From a virus, in IMG/VR virus record IMGVR_UViG_3300032770_000004, positions 105,963-169,962 of that record: a DNA stretch of 64,000 bases. The stretch is one strand, 5' to 3'. Position numbers and translations under genes: made by a program. The notes beneath the pieces are model-generated. The model was not told the DNA's origin and did no database searches. It saw nothing but the letters and a program-made list of their open reading frames with translations. Below are positions 1 through 9,499 of the stretch, piece after piece. How positions within the stretch are numbered: the first letter of the stretch is position 1; every line of letters begins with the position of its first letter.

Positions 1-890
1 GTCAGAAGCTGGTACGGAAACACCTTGGACTTGACGATTGACTCGCGATCCTTCAACAGATCAGCGATCTTCTTGACCTGAGTTCCGCCGTCCAAATTGA
101 ACACGCCATTGCGCTTCAGCGTGTTGAGATTCATGCGGAGAGTCTGCCAGCCCATCGACTCGGCAAGAACAGCCCACTGATCAGCGGACATCTTGACGTT
201 CGAAAGGAACTGGAAGTTGATCTCAGGAGGCGCACCGGCTGGGTCCTTCTTGAACTTCTCGAAGGCGGCGACCTGAGCGGGGAGCAGATTGACATCATAC
301 TCCTTATCGAGCAGGTAGGCGAACATGTTGTTCATCGCAGGCGTAGTCGCCTTGGGGTGAACCATCTTGATGACATCGGCCAGTGACGGATCGTTTCCGA
401 TCGACTGAGCAAACAGCTTGGAAGGACCCAGGCCATTCAGCATGCGCTGAATTGCCTTCTTGACCGCAGTGCCGAAGCTCTTGCGGCCGACCTTGCCCGA
501 GCGAACAACTTGAACGAAGTTGCGGAGCATCTTGACGTTGTCAATCACGCGGGGAAAAGCCTTCTTGAAGTACACAAGACCGGCATTGCCTTCGCGCTCG
601 ACGGTCAACGATGCGACCAGGAGAGCGGGCATGTCCTTCATGTAGCCGAATTCACGAGCATACACGGCCAGCTTGGCGACGAATTCGGGGCTGCACTTGG
701 AGATCAACTTCAGAGTCATGTCGAGCTGGGTTTCAGCATCGGCGTAGAAGGTGTTGTTGAGGCAGCCAGTCAGCACGTATTGTGCGAGGGCGTGTTCGTC
801 AGTGGTCTGGTAAGCGACACCTCCAGCCTCGTTGACAGCGGTGGTGGCATCTAAAGTACGACCGGGGTTCTTGAAAACGTTCTTGTTCAT
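1..890 (-). CDS. TROVE-domain (Ro60/Rsr-like) RNA-binding protein, 3' end outside window
   Basis: Not in the ORF track because it has no stop in the window. Manual translation from ATG at 890 (SD GAGGAG upstream): MNKNVFK...VNEAGGVAY...LAQYVLTGCLNNTFYADAE...FVAKLAVYAREFGYMKDMPALL...KMLRNFVQVVRSG.VGRKSFG...DPSLADVIKMVHPK, typical of bacterial TROVE proteins. Confidence 0.9.
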   Translation of the reverse strand, partial: MNKNVFKNPGRTLDATTAVNEAGGVAYQTTDEHALAQYVLTGCLNNTFYADAETQLDMTLKLISKCSPEFVAKLAVYAREFGYMKDMPALLVASLTVEREGNAGLVYFKKAFPRVIDNVKMLRNFVQVVRSGKVGRKSFGTAVKKAIQRMLNGLGPSKLFAQSIGNDPSLADVIKMVHPKATTPAMNNMFAYLLDKEYDVNLLPAQVAAFEKFKKDPAGAPPEINFQFLSNVKMSADQWAVLAESMGWQTLRMNLNTLKRNGVFNLDGGTQVKKIADLLKDRESIVKSKVFPYQLL

Positions 891-933
891 CTTACTCCTC
901 CATCTGACTTATGTCAGCAAATTGTTGCGTTAG

Positions 934-959
934 ATTATAGCATCCTGGGTCTGTGTCAA
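934..959 (-). promoter_or_regulatory. sigma70-type promoter for the TROVE gene (extended -10)
   Basis: TGcTATAAT at 942-934. TTGACA at 959-954 lies at a non-canonical 14-nt spacing. Confidence 0.6.
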
Positions 960-1462
960 GCCTTTTTCCGAATACCTGAGGTAATTTCGATGGGCAATCC
1001 ACGAAGAAGTTCGTATAGCGGCTCATTCGCCTTAGGTAGATAAAAATTGCTGTCTTTGGCAACCTTATGGGCTTCTTCGCCCTTACAATACTTGCAATTT
1101 TCTAGTGGCACACGGAAATCTCGATCGGGGACTCGAAAGTCTTCCAGACTTTTCTGATCACCAGCGATATAACCTGTAATCGTTGTGTATCCGTAGGAAA
1201 CACTCAGAAGTGACACTCCTACGATTGGAAACGAAAAGATGTGGGCACTATCATGCTCCCAGTCGGTTACATTTAGAAAGTACGAAGATAAGATCCAAGG
1301 ATTTTCAGGCCTATCGGGCCGCCAAAGCTTGATCTCCCCACACTTGATCCATTCGGCCATATCCCAGCTATGTCCAACTCGAATGACTGTTTCGATTTTA
1401 GATGCCCCACGAGAAAACTTTCGTAGATCATGCAAAAACAAGCTTTCTTTGAGTTTTTCCAT
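956..1462 (-). CDS. hypothetical protein
   Basis: 168-aa ORF co-oriented with TROVE, with a CxxC motif; no recognisable family. Confidence 0.6.
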   Translation of the reverse strand: MEKLKESLFLHDLRKFSRGASKIETVIRVGHSWDMAEWIKCGEIKLWRPDRPENPWILSSYFLNVTDWEHDSAHIFSFPIVGVSLLSVSYGYTTITGYIAGDQKSLEDFRVPDRDFRVPLENCKYCKGEEAHKVAKDSNFYLPKANEPLYELLRGLPIEITSGIRKKA

Positions 1463-1504
1463 GGTACCTTTCTTAGGCTCAATGCCGACCTTTTGTCAAG
1501 CAAG

Positions 1505-1511
1505 GTAATCT
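1505..1511 (+). promoter_or_regulatory. GTAATCT element (putative late promoter) heading the tail module
   Basis: Intergenic copy of the recurring motif, followed by a GGACATCG/CGGTGTCC stem (1521-1553). Confidence 0.55.
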
Positions 1512-1573
1512 GTACCACGAGGACATCGATCGGAGCACTTAGCCCCGGTGTCCAATTCCAACTTGAGGTATCC

Positions 1574-1972
1574 ATGCAGAAAACCGAAGAATTTACCGTT
1601 TCCATTCCCACATCTGACGGAGATACTCTCCGAGGAAAATTCAAAATCAAACTACGCCTGAGTCATCGCGATCGTCTTCAGATGGACGAAATCCGCCGAA
1701 GCCTTCTTGGTACCAAATCCTCCGAAGCAAGTCAAGAGGCTTACGGATTGGCAACAGCGCTAGCCAAGATTCAGGTCCATCTAATTGACGCTCCTAGTTG
1801 GTGGAAGGAGAACTCCAACGGACTTGACTTCGAAGACGATGAGGTGGTTCTACGCGTGCTCGAAGCCCTTACAAAGGTTGAGAGTGACTATCAAGCCAAG
1901 ATAAAGAAGGATGCAGATGAGGCTCGTGGAGATCTCAAGAAGGAAATCCTTGAATCTAAGGAGCCTAAGTAA
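1574..1972 (+). CDS. putative tail assembly chaperone
   Basis: Start moved to ATG 1574 (SD GAGG at 1565). Acidic ~130-aa protein (GKFKIK...DAPSWW...D.EVVLRV) upstream of the tape measure gene. Confidence 0.55.
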   Translation: MQKTEEFTVSIPTSDGDTLRGKFKIKLRLSHRDRLQMDEIRRSLLGTKSSEASQEAYGLATALAKIQVHLIDAPSWWKENSNGLDFEDDEVVLRVLEALTKVESDYQAKIKKDADEARGDLKKEILESKEPK

Positions 1973-2235
1973 TGTACGGCTACAACTACCAATGGGTCCA
2001 GCAAGGCTGGCAATGTCCCGTTTGTCAACGCGTATATTCCCCTTCGACGATGATGTGCCTTATGTGCCCTCCCAAGACAGAGGTTGCCACCACGTCAACA
2101 ACCTATACGCCATTTACACAAGTAGACTTAGACTACACCTGCCCACACGGTAAGGTTCTGGGATCGGGCTGTAATGAATGTGCGAGTGGTTGGTCCTTTA
2201 CTACGACCATAAATGACTCCAATAAAAACAAGTAA
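1972..2235 (+). CDS. small Cys-rich zinc-finger protein
   Basis: GWQCPVCQRVYSP..MMCLMC and CPHG...GCNEC motifs; TAATG overlap with the upstream gene. Confidence 0.65.
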   Translation: MYGYNYQWVQQGWQCPVCQRVYSPSTMMCLMCPPKTEVATTSTTYTPFTQVDLDYTCPHGKVLGSGCNECASGWSFTTTINDSNKNK

Positions 2236-2238
2236 TGA

Positions 2239-2745
2239 ATGTCCTGGATCAACGACCTCAAAGCATTAGCGATGCAATCGGTCCTCAAAGAGGATCTCGA
2301 CTACCTTCTGCGTGATATTTTCCGTTGGTACTCCAAGGAGTTTGTCACTCCTTTACACGTTGTAGAGACACTTCCTTTAGAGGATGTTCTTCGGCACTAT
2401 TATGAGGTTAAATATGCCGAACTATCTGAACATGAACGGCTCGAAGAGATTGACCGTCTACTGTTGACAGAAGAGGCCCTCCGAATTCGCAAAGAACAGG
2501 AGGATGCTGATGATGCCGATGCCTTTGAATATGCTAAGGCAGCTGAAAAGGTAGAGAAGTCTAAGGCACAAGCCAAAGAAGACCTGAAGCCACGTGTTGA
2601 ACCTGAAGCTACGCTACCAAAATTGAAGGACATGAAGGAACTCCCACAAGATATGGAGATCACCTTCATTGATGACAATGTAGATCCAGACGCCCTCTTG
2701 GAGGGCAGCTTCGGGCCGCCGTCCAAAAAGCCTAAGAACGGGTAA
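2239..2745 (+). CDS. putative tail assembly chaperone-like protein
   Basis: Acidic helical protein (RWYSKEF.TPLH.VE.LP) located before the tape measure gene. Confidence 0.5.
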   Translation: MSWINDLKALAMQSVLKEDLDYLLRDIFRWYSKEFVTPLHVVETLPLEDVLRHYYEVKYAELSEHERLEEIDRLLLTEEALRIRKEQEDADDADAFEYAKAAEKVEKSKAQAKEDLKPRVEPEATLPKLKDMKELPQDMEITFIDDNVDPDALLEGSFGPPSKKPKNG

Positions 2746-2748
2746 TCT
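2742..2748 (+). promoter_or_regulatory. GTAATCT element
   Basis: 7 nt before ATG 2756, no SD; overlaps the upstream TAA. Confidence 0.55.
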
Positions 2749-2755
2749 TTGAATT

Positions 2756-3259
2756 ATGTCGCGCATGTCCAAGGAATACAACCGCGAAGCTAATCGTCGC
2801 TATCGAGAGCGTCATGGCGAAGCTCTGAAACAACGCAAAGCGGAATGGTATCAAGCCAACAAGGACCCCGCTAAAGAGGCAGCCAGATATGCTGCCGATA
2901 GAGAAAATCAACGCGCTAAAAGACGAGAATACTACCAAGCCAACAAAGAAAATGTTAAGGCCCAAGTCAAGGCCTACGCTCAAAGAAATCCAGATCTGAT
3001 TGTTCGAAGAAACCTTAAACAATATGGCTTGACTTTAGAGCAGTACCAGAAAATGGAAACCGACCAGAATGGACTATGTGCCATTTGTGGGAAACCACCG
3101 ACAAAAGGCCGTAAGCGTTTAAGTGTGGATCATAACCATACCACCGGTAAGGTCCGTCAGTTGCTTTGTGGTCGATGTAACACTGCTATCGGAATGACAG
3201 ATGAGAGCGTAGAAATACTCCATAAAATCATCGACTACCTCAAGAGACATAATCAATGA
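2756..3259 (+). CDS. free-standing endonuclease VII-family (His-Me) homing endonuclease
   Basis: YGLTLEQY..M...QNGLCAICG...LSVDHNHTTGKVRQLLCGRCN, preceded by a basic repeated N-terminal helix. Confidence 0.85.
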   Translation: MSRMSKEYNREANRRYRERHGEALKQRKAEWYQANKDPAKEAARYAADRENQRAKRREYYQANKENVKAQVKAYAQRNPDLIVRRNLKQYGLTLEQYQKMETDQNGLCAICGKPPTKGRKRLSVDHNHTTGKVRQLLCGRCNTAIGMTDESVEILHKIIDYLKRHNQ

Positions 3260-5700
3260 GTGCAGGTAAAGAGCTGAAATTCCAGTTCATTTTGGATGAA
3301 TCATCGTTCCAACGCGTCAAAAAAGCAATCCAAGACCTTACTAGCGAAATGCAGAAGTTCGCTAAGGCCATGCAACCTGCCCAAGGAGGTGGGTTCGGAC
3401 TTCTTGGTGGCGCGAATGTTGGTCGCCCCGGAACCGCCGCTGCTACTGTCACTCAGGCCGCTGGCAAGTCAGGCTTGAATCCCATCACGCAGGTAGTCGC
3501 AGCTAATGCCGATGCCTTTAAGTCATTGGCTTCAGCCGGTACGACAAGCCTAAAAGGCCTAACAGATGCTCTTAAGAGATCTGTCAATGATCAGCTCCGT
3601 GAAGTTCGTGGACTCCAGCAAGCATTGGATCGTCTTGGCGCTACCTATAACAATCTTGGTGGCAAAGGTACGACTGCCATGGCCGTACAGAACAAGATGG
3701 TCCAGGTTGCTGGTCGTCTCCAAGCAGCTCGTGGCCAACTTGGAACTCTTCAAGGTATGCTGGGTCCTCAGCCCGAGTTGATGCCAGAAATACCAGGACC
3801 AGAAGGTCCGCAGGGCCGCAGCAGGTTTAGTCAGTGGATGTATTCTCCTGCCAATGCCCCAGGCGGCAAAGCTCAATTCTTCGGAGGCGCCATTAAGGGA
3901 ATCGGTCCTACCTCAGCCACTGGTGTCGCTGCCATGGGTGGAATAATTGTGGGCGGAATCATGGCAGCCATGCACGAAGCAATGGCTGGAACTAGAATGT
4001 ACTCTCAAGCCGAAGCGCGCCGAGGTGACTTGGTAGCCGGTGAAATTTCACGTCTACGTAGCGGCGACATTACGCGTATGATCGCTCGCCAGGACATGCG
4101 TCAAGCCGCTGAGCGTCGTGGTGACTTGGATGCCGAAACTGGCTTTCTTGCTAAGGCTACTACCATAAGCGGCGCCGGTCTGTCTGCTGCCAAAAATCTT
4201 ATTGCTATGAAAGGCGGCGCTAGCGGAACTGAAGATTTGACAGATCCTGAAGCCGCGATGTATGCGAATTATCAAAAGAAAGTAGAACAGTATGAACGTA
4301 GCGGCGACTTTATAAACAAGCGTCTTGCTCTTGAGCGATTCAATTCTGAGTTTGGAGCACGTGTCAGTACTGGCCGTATTTTAGGCGCCGGTCTTAATCG
4401 CAAGATAGGCCCAAAAATGACAGGTCTCGGTCTAGTCCCCGGCTTTGGCGGAATGGGTCTCGGCACTACAGCTCAAGATACCTATTTGATGCAAGAAGCT
4501 GGATTGCATCGTCAAGGATACTCGATGGAACAGCTAGCCGGTGCTGTTCAGCAAAGCCGCCAGCTTGGTTTAGGCGGTGCGTATGCTGGTGAAATGATGG
4601 GTGCAGGTGCCATGGGATGGGGACAATGGGGAGCCATTCGAGCCGCCGCCGCTCGTGGTGGTAATGCCAATCTTGCCTTGACTGCCCTGGGAGCTACATC
4701 TAACACCGCAGCTGGAATGGAAATTGGCCAAACAGCTTTTGGATTTGATCCTCGTGGAACTACCAGTGGAATCGGCCTCATGAGAGCCATTCAGGGTGGC
4801 GGATTTGATTTTACTGGCGGCGTCAACGACATGAATCTTGCTGCTCGAATCCAACTCGGAATGGGCGCAGGTGACATGATGGCACAGGGTTTTGACCCCT
4901 ATCAGCGAGGACGCAATCTTGTAAGTGCCATCGGCCTCGGTCGTGGTCTTGGTACATACGGACAAGACTATCTTGGCAATGGAATGTCCTTTAAGCAACT
5001 GATGGATGCTGCCCAAGGCAATATTACTATTACTGGTAAAGCCATGGGTATCACTTCTGGCATGGCTCGCCAGCAACTCCAAAACATGGCCGGAAGTGTT
5101 TTCGAAAGATATGTAGATCAGGGCGAAAATACTCCCATGGCTCACGCAATTCGTTCGTTCCGTCGTAGCGGAAAGAGCCTTAGTGCGTTCTTAAGAACTA
5201 GCGATGCCTCCACGCGTGAAGCAATGGGTGCGTTCCTGGGAAGAGAAACAGGCCAAGGCGAAGAAGCGGGTTTGGGTGCCATTGGGCTTCTTGCTGGTGT
5301 TGGCAATACAAAGTTGCGATCCGGGAAAGTACCATATGGTGCCCTTGGTGAAGTCGAAAAGAGTAGGCTCGGTGCCGAAGCAGATCAAATGATCAAAGAT
5401 GGACAGACCATGGCCGAAATGTTCTCTCAGGCAAAAGAAACATTCAAGCAGATGGGCACAGAAATCGAAATCCAAAAGAAATGGGCTTCGAATCTTGATG
5501 AGACTGCGGAAGCTTTTACAAATGCTTTGCATGACCTCGCCGATACGGTAAATGATACCGTCAAGCAAATCCGTACTGGCCAGCCAGCTGGACCTAGGTC
5601 TAGTACGGTTAAGGCTGAAGCAGCTGCTGCCGCAGAATCTCGTCTGCGAAACAATGGCTATATCGGCCAGCGTACCAAATCGCATCCCGATTGGAAGTAA
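3256..5700 (+). CDS. putative tape measure protein
   Basis: 814-aa Ala/Gly-rich helical protein between the chaperone-like and baseplate genes. Confidence 0.6.
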   Translation: MSAGKELKFQFILDESSFQRVKKAIQDLTSEMQKFAKAMQPAQGGGFGLLGGANVGRPGTAAATVTQAAGKSGLNPITQVVAANADAFKSLASAGTTSLKGLTDALKRSVNDQLREVRGLQQALDRLGATYNNLGGKGTTAMAVQNKMVQVAGRLQAARGQLGTLQGMLGPQPELMPEIPGPEGPQGRSRFSQWMYSPANAPGGKAQFFGGAIKGIGPTSATGVAAMGGIIVGGIMAAMHEAMAGTRMYSQAEARRGDLVAGEISRLRSGDITRMIARQDMRQAAERRGDLDAETGFLAKATTISGAGLSAAKNLIAMKGGASGTEDLTDPEAAMYANYQKKVEQYERSGDFINKRLALERFNSEFGARVSTGRILGAGLNRKIGPKMTGLGLVPGFGGMGLGTTAQDTYLMQEAGLHRQGYSMEQLAGAVQQSRQLGLGGAYAGEMMGAGAMGWGQWGAIRAAAARGGNANLALTALGATSNTAAGMEIGQTAFGFDPRGTTSGIGLMRAIQGGGFDFTGGVNDMNLAARIQLGMGAGDMMAQGFDPYQRGRNLVSAIGLGRGLGTYGQDYLGNGMSFKQLMDAAQGNITITGKAMGITSGMARQQLQNMAGSVFERYVDQGENTPMAHAIRSFRRSGKSLSAFLRTSDASTREAMGAFLGRETGQGEEAGLGAIGLLAGVGNTKLRSGKVPYGALGEVEKSRLGAEADQMIKDGQTMAEMFSQAKETFKQMGTEIEIQKKWASNLDETAEAFTNALHDLADTVNDTVKQIRTGQPAGPRSSTVKAEAAAAAESRLRNNGYIGQRTKSHPDWK

Positions 5701-5703
5701 TCC

Positions 5704-7734
5704 ATGGCTCGATACTATGATGTGCTATACGATTTCGGAGAGTTTCCACAGGACTCTGGTGGTGGCGATCAGTTTACCCCAGACAGTCTGACGACTTCTC
5801 CGTATGCCATCATGGCTGTATATCGCTATCGATACCCAGTGACTTTCAGTCGTGCGCAGGGGGCTAGTTTTGCGACCGGAAGTGATGCCACGAACGCCTC
5901 TGTTCAGCTACGAGAACTCACCCTTATCGTGTGCGATGACATTCAGAATTTGCAAGTACAATTCACTAAGTCTAACCACATTAGCCAACTATCTGCCACA
6001 CTTCTGCCCGGAATGAACTATCTGACCGAAATGTTTCCTGGAGACTGGGTGATGTGTTGGATCGTCAACAACAAAGATTCCTTGACCAGTCTCATTGACA
6101 GGATCAAGAACAATAAAGCATGTAATAAGTTTTATGATGGGTTGAAATTCATTGGGAAGATAACTTCCGTCAGGAAGAACATTCAGCAACAACCTAGCGG
6201 TGTTCGCCATTCGTCCTATCAGGTGAATGCAGCCGGATTCACAGAGTTTGATGCACAGCTCTATTTTGAACCATATCTAGCAGCAACCAATCCCAACATT
6301 GTGACTCAGTGGCTCAAGCAGACAGGCGCTGACATTGACAATCTTATCGCTTCTAATGGCCAGGGAATCAGCATTAACAAGATACTCCCCTCTCTTCTCG
6401 ATGCATTCTACGGTAAAGGTATTCCATCAAACTCTGGAGCTAATGCTGATATTCAAGGCATGCCAAATAACCAGACCGGCATTACGGCCAACTCATTCAT
6501 CATTCCAGCACCCGTAGCAAACGCGCTTGGTATTTCGCAGGGATCCAAACCCAACAATCAAGTAGGATGGAATGATATTTGTGAAGTGTTGCAAGGCATT
6601 CAAAAGTATCAACTCAGCAGCGCATCTCTCCAAGCAAGCATCATTGTTGATCTCCAGAATGGGAAAGAGGGAGCTAATGGAAGATCTGTAGCCGACATCT
6701 TCACGCCAGATGGGGTACCAGATGGTTCACGTCTTCGTAGGCGCGAAACAAAGGATCCGTTATTGGGAGTGTTCCTGCCCAGTCCGCCACAATTTACTGG
6801 CCAAAGGACTGTTTGGTCCATCATGCAACAGTACCTAAATCCCACCATCAATGAGATGTATACCTGTTTGCGAGTGAATCCGGCAGGAGACGTGCTGCCT
6901 ACAGTAGTTACTCGTCAGTTACCCTTTAGCTCGGGCCTGATCAGCGATCTCTATCGTCCCAAGTTTATCAAAGTGGCCACCGCAGACGATAGCGATACCG
7001 AACGAAGTACTACTTCTGGAGAATCAGACACAGAATCTACTGCTCCTCATCAGCTAGCACTTACCAGATTCATGGAACTTCCCCGTTGGCGAATTCATCC
7101 CATCCTCATTCAATCGGTAGACCTGGGACGTAGCGATGCGTTGCGTTTCAATTTTGTTCATGTATACGGCGAAACCGGCCTTCAATCGCAGGATAGAACC
7201 AGTTACATCGTTCGAGATCCTCCCGTTTCAGATGAAATTGACATCAGCCGTTCTGGTCTTCGTCCATACATGCAATCAGTCAACTGCGCACCGACAGATA
7301 CTCTTAATCGCAAGGCGGGTGATTGGATGTACATTATCAGTGACATCATCATGGGCCAACACCTAATGCTGACAGGTACCATGACTACGAAGGGAATCCA
7401 ATCTCCAATTTGTCCAGGAGACAACATTGAATTCGATGGTCACGTACTTCATATTGAGGCAGTTTCCCACAACTTCCAAATGACAGGAGATGGCAAGAAG
7501 TTTTTCCATACATCACTGGCCCTTAGTCATGGCGTAAAGGCAGATCAGGAGCCTGAATATGGAGACTTGTCTCTCTTCACTGGTTCTACACAAGAAGACC
7601 TCACTCGCTTTGATGCACATCCAGCTTCGGAGTATTCCTTCAGTCCAAATCAGCCCAGCGAGCCTTCGTCGGCTACGACGCCAGCCGGTGATTATGAACC
7701 CACCGACGATGGTTCTAATGGTACCTCTGCATGA
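5704..7734 (+). CDS. putative baseplate hub / tail protein
   Basis: 676 aa; C-terminal GTMTTKGI..PICPGDNIEF..HIEAVSHNF resembles the end of a hub (gp27/gpD-like) protein; supported by synteny. Confidence 0.55.
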   Translation: MARYYDVLYDFGEFPQDSGGGDQFTPDSLTTSPYAIMAVYRYRYPVTFSRAQGASFATGSDATNASVQLRELTLIVCDDIQNLQVQFTKSNHISQLSATLLPGMNYLTEMFPGDWVMCWIVNNKDSLTSLIDRIKNNKACNKFYDGLKFIGKITSVRKNIQQQPSGVRHSSYQVNAAGFTEFDAQLYFEPYLAATNPNIVTQWLKQTGADIDNLIASNGQGISINKILPSLLDAFYGKGIPSNSGANADIQGMPNNQTGITANSFIIPAPVANALGISQGSKPNNQVGWNDICEVLQGIQKYQLSSASLQASIIVDLQNGKEGANGRSVADIFTPDGVPDGSRLRRRETKDPLLGVFLPSPPQFTGQRTVWSIMQQYLNPTINEMYTCLRVNPAGDVLPTVVTRQLPFSSGLISDLYRPKFIKVATADDSDTERSTTSGESDTESTAPHQLALTRFMELPRWRIHPILIQSVDLGRSDALRFNFVHVYGETGLQSQDRTSYIVRDPPVSDEIDISRSGLRPYMQSVNCAPTDTLNRKAGDWMYIISDIIMGQHLMLTGTMTTKGIQSPICPGDNIEFDGHVLHIEAVSHNFQMTGDGKKFFHTSLALSHGVKADQEPEYGDLSLFTGSTQEDLTRFDAHPASEYSFSPNQPSEPSSATTPAGDYEPTDDGSNGTSA

Positions 7735-8855
7735 GCATGATTCTAGATGACAATACAGTTATCCCAAGCTATCTAAGCATTCGCCAGCGTGGAGGTGGGT
7801 CGAATGATGGTGGAACCACGCTTACTGACTACACGCTGCGCCTCGGTGAAGTGAAGAAAATCATCTACCATGACGATCCTCTCAGCTACGGCAAGAAGAC
7901 CGTAGAGTATGAAATCGAGGTACAGTATCGAGACGGCAACGGTATTTATACTTCCAGTACCTATCGCGGAGCAACTATCAGTACACTCTTCGGAGGTATT
8001 GCGGATCGCTTCCATGCAACATTCCGAGCCGACAATTCTTCTAAAGATGCGGCAGTTGGAACCGGTAGCAAGGTACTCGTTCTATGTCTCGCTGGCGATC
8101 AACAGAAAGCCATCATCCTTGGCGGCGTAGAAGACCCGACCGGCACGCGGACTGAAGAATCTTCAAGTGGCCACAATCTCTTCTTTGAATTCAACGGAAT
8201 CCAGGCAACCATCGACAAAGATGGTCAGCTCACCCTAAAATTCCGTGGTGCTACCAAACAAGACGGCACGCTAGTAGACGGAGCAGTGACAGATGCCGAA
8301 GGAACGCAAGTTACCATTGACAAGCAAGGAACATTGACCGTCTCAACCCCTAGTCAGGCTCAATATCTACAGCTCGACCACCAGAACAAGAAGCTCAACT
8401 TCAAGGCGGATCAGGAGTGGAATGTCAACATCAACGGCAAGGTGAACGTACAGGCTGGCGACGATGTCACCATATCTACTTCTGGAGGCGCTGTAAATGT
8501 CAATGCGAGCGGTAACGTTGTCATTAAGTCTGCTGGCGTTAAGGTAGGTGCAGCTACTCAAGCCTGGATGATGGGAACAAATTACCGTAATGCCCAACAG
8601 ACTCTTAATCAGACTCTGGCAAACGTTTTCACTGTTCTAGCTACCCTTCATGCTACGGCCGGAGTCTCAATGCAGGTAGCCTCTGGTTTGAACGCAACAC
8701 CAGTCTATGGCGGCATCTTAGCTCTTCCTGGCTTCTCGGCCGCATCGCAGGCAATTATTCAAATGGGTCCTCAGATTGCTCAAGGAATGGCAGCAATCCG
8801 CGCCTTCGAAGCTGGATCCGCCACCTACCTAAGTACCGTGAACACCAACGACTAA
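7731..8855 (+). CDS. baseplate spike (gpV/gp5-like)
   Basis: OB-fold-like N-terminus (GSKVLVLCLAGD..KAIILGG) followed by beta-helix-like repeats (NVNINGKVNVQAG...). Confidence 0.7.
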   Translation: MSMILDDNTVIPSYLSIRQRGGGSNDGGTTLTDYTLRLGEVKKIIYHDDPLSYGKKTVEYEIEVQYRDGNGIYTSSTYRGATISTLFGGIADRFHATFRADNSSKDAAVGTGSKVLVLCLAGDQQKAIILGGVEDPTGTRTEESSSGHNLFFEFNGIQATIDKDGQLTLKFRGATKQDGTLVDGAVTDAEGTQVTIDKQGTLTVSTPSQAQYLQLDHQNKKLNFKADQEWNVNINGKVNVQAGDDVTISTSGGAVNVNASGNVVIKSAGVKVGAATQAWMMGTNYRNAQQTLNQTLANVFTVLATLHATAGVSMQVASGLNATPVYGGILALPGFSAASQAIIQMGPQIAQGMAAIRAFEAGSATYLSTVNTND

Positions 8856-8858
8856 TTT

Positions 8859-9488
8859 ATGGCAACATTTCCAATCAGCGTAGCCGAGCAGACAATGCTC
8901 GATCAAATCAAAGCAGACGGCATTTCGATTAGCTCTCGTGGCGTGGCCGTAGATGTTGATGGTGACGGCACGGGTGATACGCCCTACATTACTGATTTGC
9001 CGATGCCAGTCAAGAACTGGGATACGCTGGTGCCTTCTGGTTCAATCCTTGAAAAGAAGGTAGCCGATGGACTTCGTGTGGCCGCACTTCCCATTGTTCG
9101 TCAGGTGATGCCAATAGGATGGCACGATGAGAATGTTGGTTTCGGCCACTCAATCAGCGGATCCAACGTTACACTCAACAAGTTCAGCATTCCACAGGAC
9201 CAGATTCTCCAGGCCCCCAGACAAGTAATGGCAACCGTATCCTGGTCAGCCTACTCTACAGTGGCGAGCACTGGCGTCAGTTACTTCCTTGACGTAAATG
9301 GCACTCCTACTACATCGATGCCATTCTATTTCAACGAAGCCAACTCGCACAGGTCCATGTCTGGCAACTGGTTGCTTACCATTCCAGCCGGTACAGTAAC
9401 CATCACCTTCTATGCAGTAAGAAGCTCTGGAACGGGTGTTATCACCATGGATTCCAACGACTTCTCATCCCTCACACTGATGGGGTAA
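8859..9488 (+). CDS. putative virion structural protein
   Basis: Beta-rich 209-aa protein in the structural operon, with a DVDGDG motif. Confidence 0.5.
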   Translation: MATFPISVAEQTMLDQIKADGISISSRGVAVDVDGDGTGDTPYITDLPMPVKNWDTLVPSGSILEKKVADGLRVAALPIVRQVMPIGWHDENVGFGHSISGSNVTLNKFSIPQDQILQAPRQVMATVSWSAYSTVASTGVSYFLDVNGTPTTSMPFYFNEANSHRSMSGNWLLTIPAGTVTITFYAVRSSGTGVITMDSNDFSSLTLMG

Positions 9489-9491
9489 TCT
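9485..9491 (+). promoter_or_regulatory. GTAATCT element
   Basis: 8 nt before ATG 9500, no SD. Confidence 0.55.
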
Positions 9492-9499
9492 TTTGACAT

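Noticed and set aside
510-854. ORF-track + strand ORF here, and the many other short ORFs antisense to or nested in long genes
   Set aside because: These are shadow frames of well-supported genes on the other strand or frame (here TROVE), with no motifs or ribosome-binding sites.
1574-2745. Programmed frameshift joining two tail-chaperone ORFs (lambda G/GT type)
   Set aside because: No slippery heptamer is seen at the end of 1574-1972, and an 87-aa gene with its own start and stop separates the two ORFs.
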